Part shown: one piece after another, positions 9,655 to 20,800 of the stretch
Layout of the letters: each line of letters begins with the position of its first letter
Numbering within the stretch: the stretch's first letter is position 1
DNA from: Vitrella brassicaformis CCMP3155
Lineage: Eukaryota > Protista > Chromerida
NCBI GenBank assembly: GCA_001179505.1
Contig: CDMY01000263.1
Location: forward strand, 79,829 to 143,828
Length of the DNA: 64,000 nt
Direction of reading: 5' to 3'
The notes under the pieces: generated by a model
What the model was told of the DNA's origin: nothing
What the model saw: the letters and a program-made list of their open reading frames with translations, nothing else
Databases searched by the model: none
Position numbers and translations under genes: made by a program

Positions 9655-12600
9655 ATGAGTGGCCCGGGTGGCCCTTCCCCCGCGTCGGTGGGCGGGTCGG
9701 CAGGCAGCCAGCCGTCCCCGCCAGCTGTAGGTGCCGCTGCTGCCAGTCAAGTCAGCCAAGTCTCTCCCCCACAGGCGGAAAAGCGCTTGGATAATGAGGA
9801 GGGAGAGAGCATCGCAGACACACACGACGACGAACCCGATGGTACGCACGCACGCACGGATCTACTGAGGGAGGCAGGCAGGCAGCGAGGGAGGGAGGGA
9901 AGGTCAGCCGGCCTGTCTGCCTGTCTGATATCACTGCTACACACACTCATACACCAAGCAATCACAGGATAATACCTCTCTCTGCACGTCTGTCTGTCTG
10001 TCTGTCTGTGTATGTGTGTCGGCACAGAGGCGGACAAGGTTATCGAGAAATCGCCCCGCGGCCGGTACGCCCCCCACCCACTCGCTCCCTCACACGCTGT
10101 CAATTCAATTCAACCCGTTAGCACGCGGCTGGCTGTTTTTCGTGCTCCCGTGTGTTCTTTTCAGGTTCTTGCGGGTAGGTCGTTCAGTCAGTCCATCAGA
10201 CAGACATGTGAATTAGTCAGTCGGTAACGTAAGGCGTATCCATCGACACAGACAGACAGAGAGACAGAGAGAGAGATTCCCGGACACGTCACGTCACGTC
10301 TGTGTGTGAGTTGGATGATGTGGTCGCATCCCTCCCTCCCCCATGTGTGCTGTGCTGTGCGTGTCGTCTTGATGGGTTTGGTCACTCAGTTCAACAAGCG
10401 TTTGGGTTCCGGTGCGTACAAGATGGTGTATTTGGGTTTCGACAGCGAGACTGGTCGAGAGGTGGCGTGGAACGTGATATCGACGGTTCACCTGGACGCC
10501 CAGGCTCGCCGCCGCATCTGTGAGGAGATCAACATCGCCAAGGCACTCAAGCACAAGAAAATCATCAGCTTCGTCAACGCCTGGCAAAACCGCAACCAAA
10601 AAGAGGTCGTCTTTATCACTGAACGAGTCACCGGCGGCAGCCTCAGACAGTAAGGGAAGCGACCACCCCATCCATTCATCCAACACACACTCACGCAGAC
10701 AGACAGACAGACAGACAGAGGGAGGGAGGAGAGTCAAGGCAGCGAGCCAAGTGAGTGAGTGGGTGGCTGACTTGCGTGCTGTGTGGCTGACTGTCTCGTG
10801 TCAGGTACATTAACCGTGTGGATTGCAACTTGAAGGTGAAGGTTGTCAAGGACTGGAGCCACCAGATCCTCGAGGGCCTGGCCTACCTACATGCCATGGC
10901 ACCCAGCCCTATAATCCATCGCGATCTGAAGGTACACACACATTCCAACACGTCGATTCGATACACAGTAAGTAGACAGACAGACGTGAGGTCGAGTCGA
11001 CCTCACCCATCCCATCCATGTGTCGTGTCCATCCCATCCACCCACCCACCAAACCAATGATTGCAATGTCTGTCTGGCTGGGTGCCGCTGGTTGGGTAGT
11101 GCGACAACATTTTCATCAACGGCAACGTAGGTGAGATTCTGATCGGTGACCTGGGCCTCTCGACCTACCAGCGCTCCACCGCCGCAAGCATCGTCGGCAC
11201 ACCAGGTGGGTCAGTCAGTGGGTCAGAGGGCCGGGTTTAGTTACTCATACATACATACACGCATACATTCGCGTCGCGTCGCTTCGTGTCTGTCTGACCC
11301 CGTCCCGTCCGTCCGTCCGTATTTGTCTGTCTGTCTGTCTGTCTATTCACCGTCAGAGTTCATGGCTCCTGAGCTGTATGATGAGCAGTACGGGACATCA
11401 GTCGACATCTACGCCTTCGGTACGATAGGCCGGCCGCTCACCCGTTTTCACGCACACGCATTCGATGGTGACGTGACATGGTTGGGTGTGCCGGCAGGCA
11501 TGTGTGTTTTGGAGATGGTGACGAGGCGCTTCCCGTATGAAGAGTGCAAGACAACTGGACAGATTTATCGCAAAGTCATCTCAGTAAGTACTAACGCCCT
11601 GTGCTCCCAACTCACACCACACGGACGGCCTGGGTGTGTATCCCACATGATTGTGTATGTATGTGTGTGTGTGTGTATGTTGTCTTGTGTGTTTGCGTGG
11701 TGTGTAGGGTCAGAAGCCATCCATTCTTTACCGCGTCAAGTGGGACGACCTGCGGGAATTCATCGCATCCTGCATCGGTCAGTGAGTGAGTGAGAGGGAA
11801 ATTAACTGACTGACTGGCTGGCTGGCTGGCTGGTTGCCATCCATCCATCCATATATCTATTCATTACGTGTGTTGGTGTGTGGGCGTCTATCAGCTATCC
11901 CGGCCTCCATGAGACCTACAGCGCAACAGCTGCTGCAGAGCGAGTAGGGTCACATTTATCCACATACCTACAGTCCCACAGAAGAGAGAAAGGAAGACAC
12001 ACCACAGACAAAGCCAGCCAGCTAGACATACACACGTTGCGTGGTCATGACGTATTATATATATCTTTGCTGACACACGACATGACTGACATCTATGCGC
12101 CCGTGTGTGTGGGTGTGCAGCTTTCTGACACAGAATTTGGATGACGATCGGGAGTGCGATCTCCTCGACGAAAGCGTAGGACACACCACCCACCCTACAG
12201 TCGTGCCGTCGGACCGCATCGCATCCACCCCGTATGTTGTGTGTTGGTTGGTGGTGCAGCAAGTTGAGATCCCTGCCCCCATCCATGCCGGACGAGCCGC
12301 CGCTCAGATGGTACGCATACCCACGTGATTGATGTACCCACCCGGGGGGGTACCTACCTTACTTACACCACACCTTTCCTCGCTGTTCGCACAGTACAGT
12401 CAGTCCTTCGTAGCCTAAGTACACTCATTCATTGTTTTCTCTCTGTCCGTCTATTGTATGCTATGCTATGCGTGTGTGTGAGCAGGCGCTTCCTCCGTTG
12501 GGTGAGGAAAGCGAGGTGGATGTGAGCAGCCTGCCGCAGCCCCAGCACGGCATCATGGGACCCATTCCCGACATCCCACTCATCAACACTCACACCCACG

Positions 12601-15600
12601 ACACCATACAGGTACCGCACCGTACCGCACCGTACGGAAGTGCCTGTCCTGTCCTGTCTGTGGACGTGACGTCCCTACGCATACCATACACGAATGAATG
12701 ACCTGACTGTGTGTGTACTGTACTGTACGGGTGGGTGTCTATCCATCAGACGGCCGAGACGCTGCTGGACCAGGTGCCAGCAGTGTATCCTCCCAGCGGC
12801 GTGGCTTTATCTGTACTCCCCGAGGATGGCTATGTCAGCGGGGCCACCCCAGAGCCCGCATCGCAGCAGGTGGTGGGTGTTGCGGTGGTCGAGGGCCCCC
12901 ACCATGGTGCCGCTGGCAGAGATGAGGGTGGTGGTCGAGACGTCCCCGCCGACCCCAATGCTGCCCTCGCTGCCAGCTCCATGGACCTCGTTTTCACCGC
13001 TGTCGCTGCCATACAGGCCTCACCTATCGGACAGGTAAGTAAGGATGTATGTATGTACCTTGGCAAATATACCTACACAGCAATATATATGCACACACCA
13101 CACTACTAACGCCTAGCTATACGTCTTGTAGCTAGCCATACTCTTTCACACGCGCGTGCACGCACACCATGTCATGATCGTGTGTGTTCCATCTGTCTGT
13201 CTGTCTATGTCTGTGTGCAGGAGGCGTTGCCTCGCGGCTTGGAGCGTGAGGATCAGACCGGTGGAGGGGTTGGGCTGCGTGGTCCGACCCCCGAGCAGCT
13301 GGTGCCAGCCGCCACTTACTCGCCATCCCTGACGGAGATCAGGGCCCCCACCGGCGGCTTGTCCATCACGGCACCCCCCAAGAGCGTCAAGTCTGATTCC
13401 CGCGATGCGTCGCCGCTAATGGGTCTTCATCCTTATAGCGAGACCACTGGGGACGGCAGCCGATCGGAGCCCGGCGCCGTCCCACCGACCACCGAGTCGC
13501 TACTGGACTCGGTCGGCCCCGGCGCTTTCACCAGTCCCCACCCCCCGCCCTCAGCATCCTTCACCTCGCCTCTCGTACAAGATGCCTACTCAGAGGCGGC
13601 AAGCCGGCCGCGCGGCACCAGCCAAGGCTCCTCCAAGTCAGCACCCGATCGGCCAGTCGCCGCACGCGCACCATCACGAGGGCCGCAAGAAGACAGCCGA
13701 CTAGTGGACCTCATCGGGGGCGACCAACACCCGACAGGACCGCGGGGCGGGGGGGCTGATGCATTTTCGCAGGAGGGGTCGACCGGTCACCGAACTCTTG
13801 CATCAAGTCCAACGTTAGCAAACTCACACACAACCCTGCAGACAAAACACGGGGGGNNNNNNNNNNNNNNNNNNNNNNNNNNNNNNNNNNNNNNNNNNNN
13901 NNNNNNNNNNNNNNNNNNNNNNNNNNNNNNNNNNNNNNNNNNNNNNNNNNNNNNNNNNNNNNNNNNNNNNNNNNNNNNNNNNNNNNNNNNNNNNNNNNNN
14001 NNNNNNNNNNNNNNNNNNNNNNNNNNNNNNNNNNNNNNNNNNNNNNNNNNNNNNNNNNNNNNNNNNNNNNNNNNNNNNNNNNNNNNNNNNNNNNNNNNNN
14101 NNNNNNNNNNNNNNNNNNNNNNNNNNNNNNNNNNNNNNNNNNNNNNNNNNNNNNNNCGGGGGGACACGGACATCGGAGTGAGGGACAGAACAGACAGGCG
14201 AAGGAAGAGTGCAGCCCAGCCAGCGACTGCGTGTACTTACTTCCTGTGTGTATGTGTGTGTGCAAATGCATGCCTGCAGTCCGGGTCTTCCTGTTGAGGA
14301 CCTGCTGATGGGCAAGGAGCGCCCTCCAGTGGCGGACAAGGTGCCTGCGCCATCATCTCAGCCGGTCCTGACGGCCTCGCCCCCACTCCCTACCGTCACG
14401 GTGGTCAGATCTCACACGCGAGAGAGCGTCGCACCCGTCTCGTCACAAGGGGCAGACAGTACCACCGCAGGACAGCCGGGACAGCCTGGCATCGACGCCA
14501 CTGCCGTCCCCAAATCCACCCCTGCGGCCGTCATCCACCAGCAGTCTCTGCCAGCACGACCGGACCACACGGCAGCCGACATACACAGCGTCGCCGTCAG
14601 GCCCCCTGCCCAGCCGCCGCCCGCTGCCTCCCCACCGCAGCACCACCCTCTTCCTCACCCCCACCCCCCGCCCGGGCGCAGCCAGCAACAAGCCAGCCAA
14701 CCACAACCACACCCACACCCACACCACCAACCAGCCGATGTCGGCGGCCACGTGTCCTTCGACGCCAAGTCCCTCAGTCGGCCGCCATCGACGGCCAGCA
14801 CACCTAACACGCCCTCCACACGCGAGGGGGACCTGGGAGGCCCCGCAGTTGCGCCGCACGGGAGTGGCGCCGGGGTGCGGGATGGAGGCCGCCACGGCAC
14901 GACCAGCGGTGCACCGCCAATGGAGTCACCTTCCAGGGACATGCCTGGAGGTGGACCCGTGGGTGGAGCGGCCCTCGAGTCGCTCACCCCAAACATCGTG
15001 GTGGAGTCAGCCAGTCATGGCAGCAGCGGGACATCCCTGCACCAGTCCACTTCCACTCGACGAATAAGTGTCGCAGTGGAGGAGGGCGACGTGGGAGAAG
15101 AGAACATTTTGAAAGTACTGACCAACACAGACGCACTCAGACAGATAGACAGACAGGGGGCACCGCAGCTCTTTATGTATATCTCTGTCTTGTTTGTTCA
15201 GGACGTGACCATCCACTTCCGTTTGACCAGTGGCAAATTCAGGCGAGTACAGTTTGATTACAATCTCGGTGAGTGAGACATGCATGCTATGCCACCACTC
15301 ATACATACTCTACGCACGTCGATGTGCAAGTATGGAGAGCCCTCAGACATGTGCGGTGGGTGGTGTTGCTGGTTGGTTGCAGACTCCGACACCCCGGTCC
15401 AGGTGGCCGCGGAGCTCTTCAGGTGTGTCACAACGCAGGCAGCTTCGGATGTCTTCGATTATGTGAGTTTCTTGGTCCAACCTGCGTTGTGTGTGTGATA
15501 TCGATGCATGGGTGCATGCCTTCAGCCAATTGCACGGGTGCGGGCTTCCTCCCCTGCTGGCTCCAGGGCACTTCGTGGTGGCTATTCAAGAGGAAGTCAG

Positions 15601-16693
15601 CTTCCGGAAGAGGGAGATGCGAGGCGGCAACAACCCACCACCACGCATCCGTACCGACCGCAGGGAACAACAACCCACCACCGACGCAGCCTCAGTCACA
15701 AGCCCTCTCCCCCCACTCACACCCGGGCTAGGTCTCCGCGCCCAGCACGACCACCAGCAGCAGCAGCAGGAACCCACCTACGCGCACCTTGAGACCAGCA
15801 GGAACTTTGTCTTCACTTCCGAGAGACCACGATCCGACACAGTTGTGCACCAGCCGCCATCGCGGCCATCACAGCCATCGCCGCCCTCACAGCCATCGCC
15901 GCCGACGGAGGTGGAGAGGGCAGTGGAGCCTGATAGCAGTGCACAGCCCCAGAAAGAGCAAAGCGGCGACTGGACGGTGTCGCAGCCGCAGGTGGACACC
16001 GACACGCTTGTCGCCGGCAGTGAGGAGGAGACACAGCTGGGCGTCGTGTTCCCAACGGTCGATAGGCCGCACACCGATCAGCACATGGCCGTGCCTCACA
16101 GCGCATCGATGGGGGACTCTGCTGCTGCGGCTGAGCCCCTCGCTGGTGCTGGCGCCGTCGCTGAGCCCCAGAGGAAGCCCGTGGTGGTGCAGTCGGCCAC
16201 GATCGGGGATGGCAGCAGGATGACCATGGGAGGGGGTAATGACTCATCGGTGGGGGGCGGGACCACAGGAGGAAGCCTGGCAGGCTCAAACTCGCTGCCC
16301 TCGATGGCACCAACGGAGACTCCTGGCAAGGCGGCAGGTGTGATGGATGCGTCGACACCGGCCAAGCCAAGACCAGATGTGCCCTTGCCACCGCCCGGCA
16401 GCGGCACCCCTGTGCCTTCGTCTGTCAAGAAGGAGCAGAAGGAGCAGCAGCGACTGGAGGCTCGGAAGGAAGCCGACAAGAAGCGAGAGGAGCAGCGACG
16501 GATTCAGCGGGAAGAGGCCAAGAAGGCAGAGGAGGAAATGGCACTAAGGCTGACCAACCTCGACGAAAAGAAGGAGAAAGAGAGCGATGCACAGGCACAG
16601 CCCCGTCAACAACAAGCGACTGTGAGCGCTAAGACAGCAGCTCCTGCCCCTGCTACGAAGACAGCACCAACCCCTGCGAGCCCCGCCGTGTGA
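9655..16693 (+). CDS. WNK: WNK (With-No-lysine) family Ser/Thr kinase with long disordered tail, PF2/CCT-like domain and C-terminal coiled coil
   Basis: [22 protein letters not shown] (Lys in beta-2), EVAWN in beta-3, [30 protein letters not shown] and FPYEEC. Downstream [31 protein letters not shown]; charged helix [15 protein letters not shown]. Confidence 0.95.
10165..10174 (+). other. 10-nt microexon of WNK (encodes the R-F-L-R of the kinase N-lobe)
   Basis: ttttcAG/gttcttgcgg/GTaggt. Its phases (2 in, 0 out) match donor 10065 and acceptor 10389, restoring the WNK consensus SPxGRFL[KR]F. Confidence 0.8.
13857..14156. other. Assembly gap (300 N) inside a WNK intron
   Basis: N run flanked by cgggggg on both sides; predicted intron ~13814-14279 spans it in frame. 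Confidence 0.9.
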
Positions 16694-17013
16694 GCGGGGG
16701 AAGACAAGCTGGGTAGGGGTTCTTTTTTCTTGTCTTCTTGTTGACTGCTTGTTTATGGGAAGGTAATGGATCTGATGTTTTGTGTGTGAGTGTGTGCGTG
16801 CGTTGTGTGTGTGCGTGTGTGTGTGTGTGTGTGCATGACATCGTGGATTGATTGAACAAGGCCTTGACGAAGTCCGATCATCGAGTAGCGAATCTGTGCC
16901 TGTCTGTGTCGTTGCTCCATTCCGTGCCATTCATACAATGCAGCGTTGTCTCAGCACCAAGTCACGTAACTCTCGCATCTCCTGGTTTTCGTCTGGTCCC
17001 TCCCCACCCCTCC

Positions 17014-17539
17014 TCATTCGACAATCGGGACCGACTGCTCCATTGCCCACTGCAAATCGCGTTTGTATGCACTCTTGATGATCTCATTGAAGGCGTCAGC
17101 TCCGCGCATCAGAGTTGACTGCCTCTCAGCTCGGTAGACATCCTTCGTCCCGCTCGGCGCCAGAACGAAATTCCATCTCTTCTTCTGCGGCGCAGCCGTG
17201 CCCAGAGAGGGGTCACCCTGGTAGTCCTTAGAGAACGCCTGGTCACCGTAGAAGACAAATGCCGACTCTCGTGCCTTCACACCGAAGGCGTCCTGGATGC
17301 GCTCCCTCTGCACCGCATCAGACCGATATATGGACCACCATCGGTTGCGGGCCGGAAACGGCAGAAAGTGGGTTCGAAACTCCCAGTACACTAAACATGC
17401 AGATGACCGCTGATAGAAGTGCCATACCTTCCTTCCATCGCGTACCCGCATTGTATTGTAGGCCGTGATTCACATCTCCCGCTTTGAGAGACTCCTCCTT
17501 TATGGCATCGACATCAGCAGCACTCACAAAATCTGCCAT
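17014..17539 (-). CDS. Small hypothetical protein (~160 aa), convergent with WNK
   Basis: MADFVSAADVDAIKEESLKAGDVNHGLQYNAGTRWKE joins by a predicted 37-nt GT-AG intron to VYWEFRTHF...KKRWNFVLAPSG...DLQWAMEQSVPIVE*; codon usage looks coding-like. Confidence 0.55.
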
Positions 17540-17871
17540 CTTCGCTTGGAGAAGTGGAGTGCCGGCACCACAGCCCTCTGGGGTATCCTGTGAAAGCTTT
17601 CTAGTGGAGCACGGGTATCCGTAAAACATCAATGGCGAATAGTTAGGGATTTCGTGAAACCGGAAGGGATTGCATTCGTTTTCTTTTCTCCCTCCTTTGC
17701 TCGGCTGCCGAACGACATGCGAATGGCATCAGAAGCGAGAGCATGCTGTCTAGTCTTGCTTAACCAAAACAGCTCTCGCATACACTGCCGCTTCAAAAGT
17801 ATAACGGAAGCAGACGTTCTGTACATGTCAGTCACTTCAACAACAGCTGTACAATACTGAACCACGAATCA

Positions 17872-20800
17872 CTAGTCTGAACCAGGCTGCCCTGGTACTG
17901 TGGACGTAAAATATGTTCCGATCGCATGACGAAACCTGTAGTTGTACTCCTGAAACAGCACGCGCAAACATTCTTGTCTCATCGCACGGACGAATGTCTG
18001 TTCATTTTCCTGACTCGTACGTACCGTTGGACTGATCACCGTGGGGGACAGACCTGACCGCGTTCAAAGAAGGCACCAAATGAACCCACGTCTGATTCAA
18101 ACTCGTTACGTGGAGACGCACCCGTTGCTAAAAGAGACATGCTCTTGCCGATAGATTCCAGCTGCTTGTCCAGCGTGTAAGGCCTGATCAGATGCCGCAG
18201 ACGCGAGCCAGTCATCTCATAATTTGATTGATGATCTTCGCTGAAGTGAATCGCAGACCTGAAAAAGTCTATCATTCCCATCGTGATTTCCTTTGTCCGC
18301 TCGTTCACTAAAAGCAACAGCGAGTAGTCCACAACATCAAGCTTTGACAGCAACAAGGTATCGTTGAAGATCTGAGGGAAAAGAAGATGGATTCAAATCG
18401 CGCAGCTGGTTGGAAATCACTTACCGCGCTCTCAATGGTCCTCATGTCACGGAGGGGCAGCGCAAGAGGGAACCCTTTCGTATACTCACGAAAGTTCTGA
18501 TCCCAAAGGACCATCGACATGACTGGTGCCCCAGCCTCCCTTTCCTGTTGCTGCTGTCCAGACGGGAGGCTTTCAGAGCTCCCTCCGCTTGCTGTTTGCA
18601 CGTTGTCAGCTGAAGCGGACACCGAGACATCCTTGGAGACGCCTCGCACGACCACGTTGTACTCCGGCGGTCTTTGCTGCTCCGGATCACTCAGGGATCT
18701 CGCGGATGAGGTATCCTGAGTCTCGGATGTGGTGATCTCGGTGGTGGTTGCGGTGGTCTCCTGCTGGAGTTCCTCGCCAGACGGCTCTTCATCTGCAGGC
18801 CTCTCCGCGCTGTCAGGCCGTGTTGGAGACGGAAGTTTTGTTCCCGACCCAGTAACATTGACATAACGATTTCTACCGACTCCCTGCAGGTTGAAATTCG
18901 GCATGAAGCCGGAGATCAAATGCTCAGGCGCGAATCTTACCTTCAGGTCGAATGCTAGCACATTCTGCTCATCCATGTTGAACCGCAGATTCTGGAGCAC
19001 CACATACTGGCGTCTCCACCTTTGGTTCTTTGCTTGGTTCTTGTAGGTCACCTACGAGAAGGCAAAGACAGAAAGAATGGAGCATAGAAGTGTCACCGAT
19101 AAGTAACGCACTGAAAAGAGCCCGTAGACTGAGGTAAGGGTGCTTGGAAGCTGGTGGAAGAAGATACGCGCGAAGTAGTGGAAGAAGGCGACCCCGAAGG
19201 ACAAGAACATGCGGAGCTCGTATCTGTTAACTTGCTTGAATATGTATCTCCTGAGGGCATGAGGATTCAATCCTCAGAATGATAACAACTCTCTGTCCGC
19301 TTGAACTGCTTACTGATCATGAGAAATGGAGAACGAAGCCCCACTTTTTCCTCCCGATGTCTGGAAGCTCGTGCACCGACAAATTGACCGAATGAAACTC
19401 AAGTCGTCTCCACAGAGCCAATGTCGTATGGCATGAAATTGCTGAGAAGACAACAAGCGTCAAGTCATCATTGTTCGTTTGTACCACAGATCGTCTTTGG
19501 TCGTCTACCGGTGCAAAATAAACTTCAAATCAACAGGACAAGGAACAAGAAGAAATGCACGGTGAAAAAGAACCTCGTGCTCTCATGCTCACCCGTGACA
19601 GAGAAATCTGCACCGCTGAAGGAAATGAGGAACAGGAAGAAAAGGATCCAAGGTAACGTGCTGTTTCATACATCGCATAACGTGATAGTCCTACCCGTCA
19701 TCAAAATCGACTTTGATGTGGGACTTGGTTGGCGACATCAGTATCTGTTCCATAACACGCTTCTCGCTATCTCCCCACTCTCGACCAGAACTCGCCTTAG
19801 GAGCCGAAGGAGGCTCGCCTCGAGCAGATTCCGACCCCGCCTTCTCGGTCGACGGAACGCCGGGAACCGTTGGTGCCTCGGTCGAGTGTTGCGATGGAGA
19901 GGGGACGTTCTGTTGCTGCCGTTGTACAGAGTCCTGTTGGGTTGTTGGATGGTGTCGAAACTGCTGAAGCAGTTCCTCCGACAAGGAGTGCACGTCCGAA
20001 GAGCCACCCTGGACCTCCGTCGCAGCTTCCGAGTCACTGTGCACCTCGAGTCCTTTTCTCGCCTTGGGCTGTGGTTTGGGGGCGAGGGCGTCGTTGGTGA
20101 ATCTCCGGTGACTGTACGTCTCTCTCAGGTTCTTGGAAGCCTCGTCGGCCGACGACGTCTCCAGCATTGCCTCCTGTGGGCCGCTGAGGAAAACGGGCGA
20201 GTGCTCCGGAATACTCTCACAGACAGCTTGAAGCCGTGCCTTCTCAGCCCTCTCCTTTGTCAAGTCTGGGTTAGCTGGAAGTCCATCCGACCGGATCTTC
20301 TGGTCACTTGCTTCGACAGCCTCTCCTTCTTGGCTCGCTTCTTTCGCCGGCCGCGGTTCTCCGACAGGAAGAGGTGTCTCCGAAGGCTCACTCAGAGCAT
20401 GGACGACTCCCCTCTGGTAACAACTGTCTTGCGATGACGGTGTACTGCTAAGGGACACAGATTTCGAAGCAAAGAGGGGCAGCGAGAACAAGCATGTGTT
20501 GGAAATGGTTGCATGTGCGACGCTGTCGTCGGTCCCGGTGACTGGAGACAGGCGACTGAGATCGAGCTTTCCGGGAGCATCAGTCGCCTCCAAAGCCGCA
20601 TCGCCATTGTCGTTGGCCCCTAGAGAATCCGGTCGAGGCTGATGAAGTCGTCCTTCACTAGGTTTTGCCTCGTCTGAAGCCCTGGAGTTGCGTCGTGACG
20701 AAGACGGAGGGGCAGACGCTAAAGGGCATTGAGGCGTTCCACTCATTTTCCTCCACAAGTGTCGCATTTGACCCCACAAAGGCGCGCACAGCAGGGCATA

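Noticed and set aside
13857-14156. Hidden WNK exon or element in gap 2
   Set aside because: The flanking exons join in frame across it, and the identical cgggggg ends suggest a near-zero true gap.
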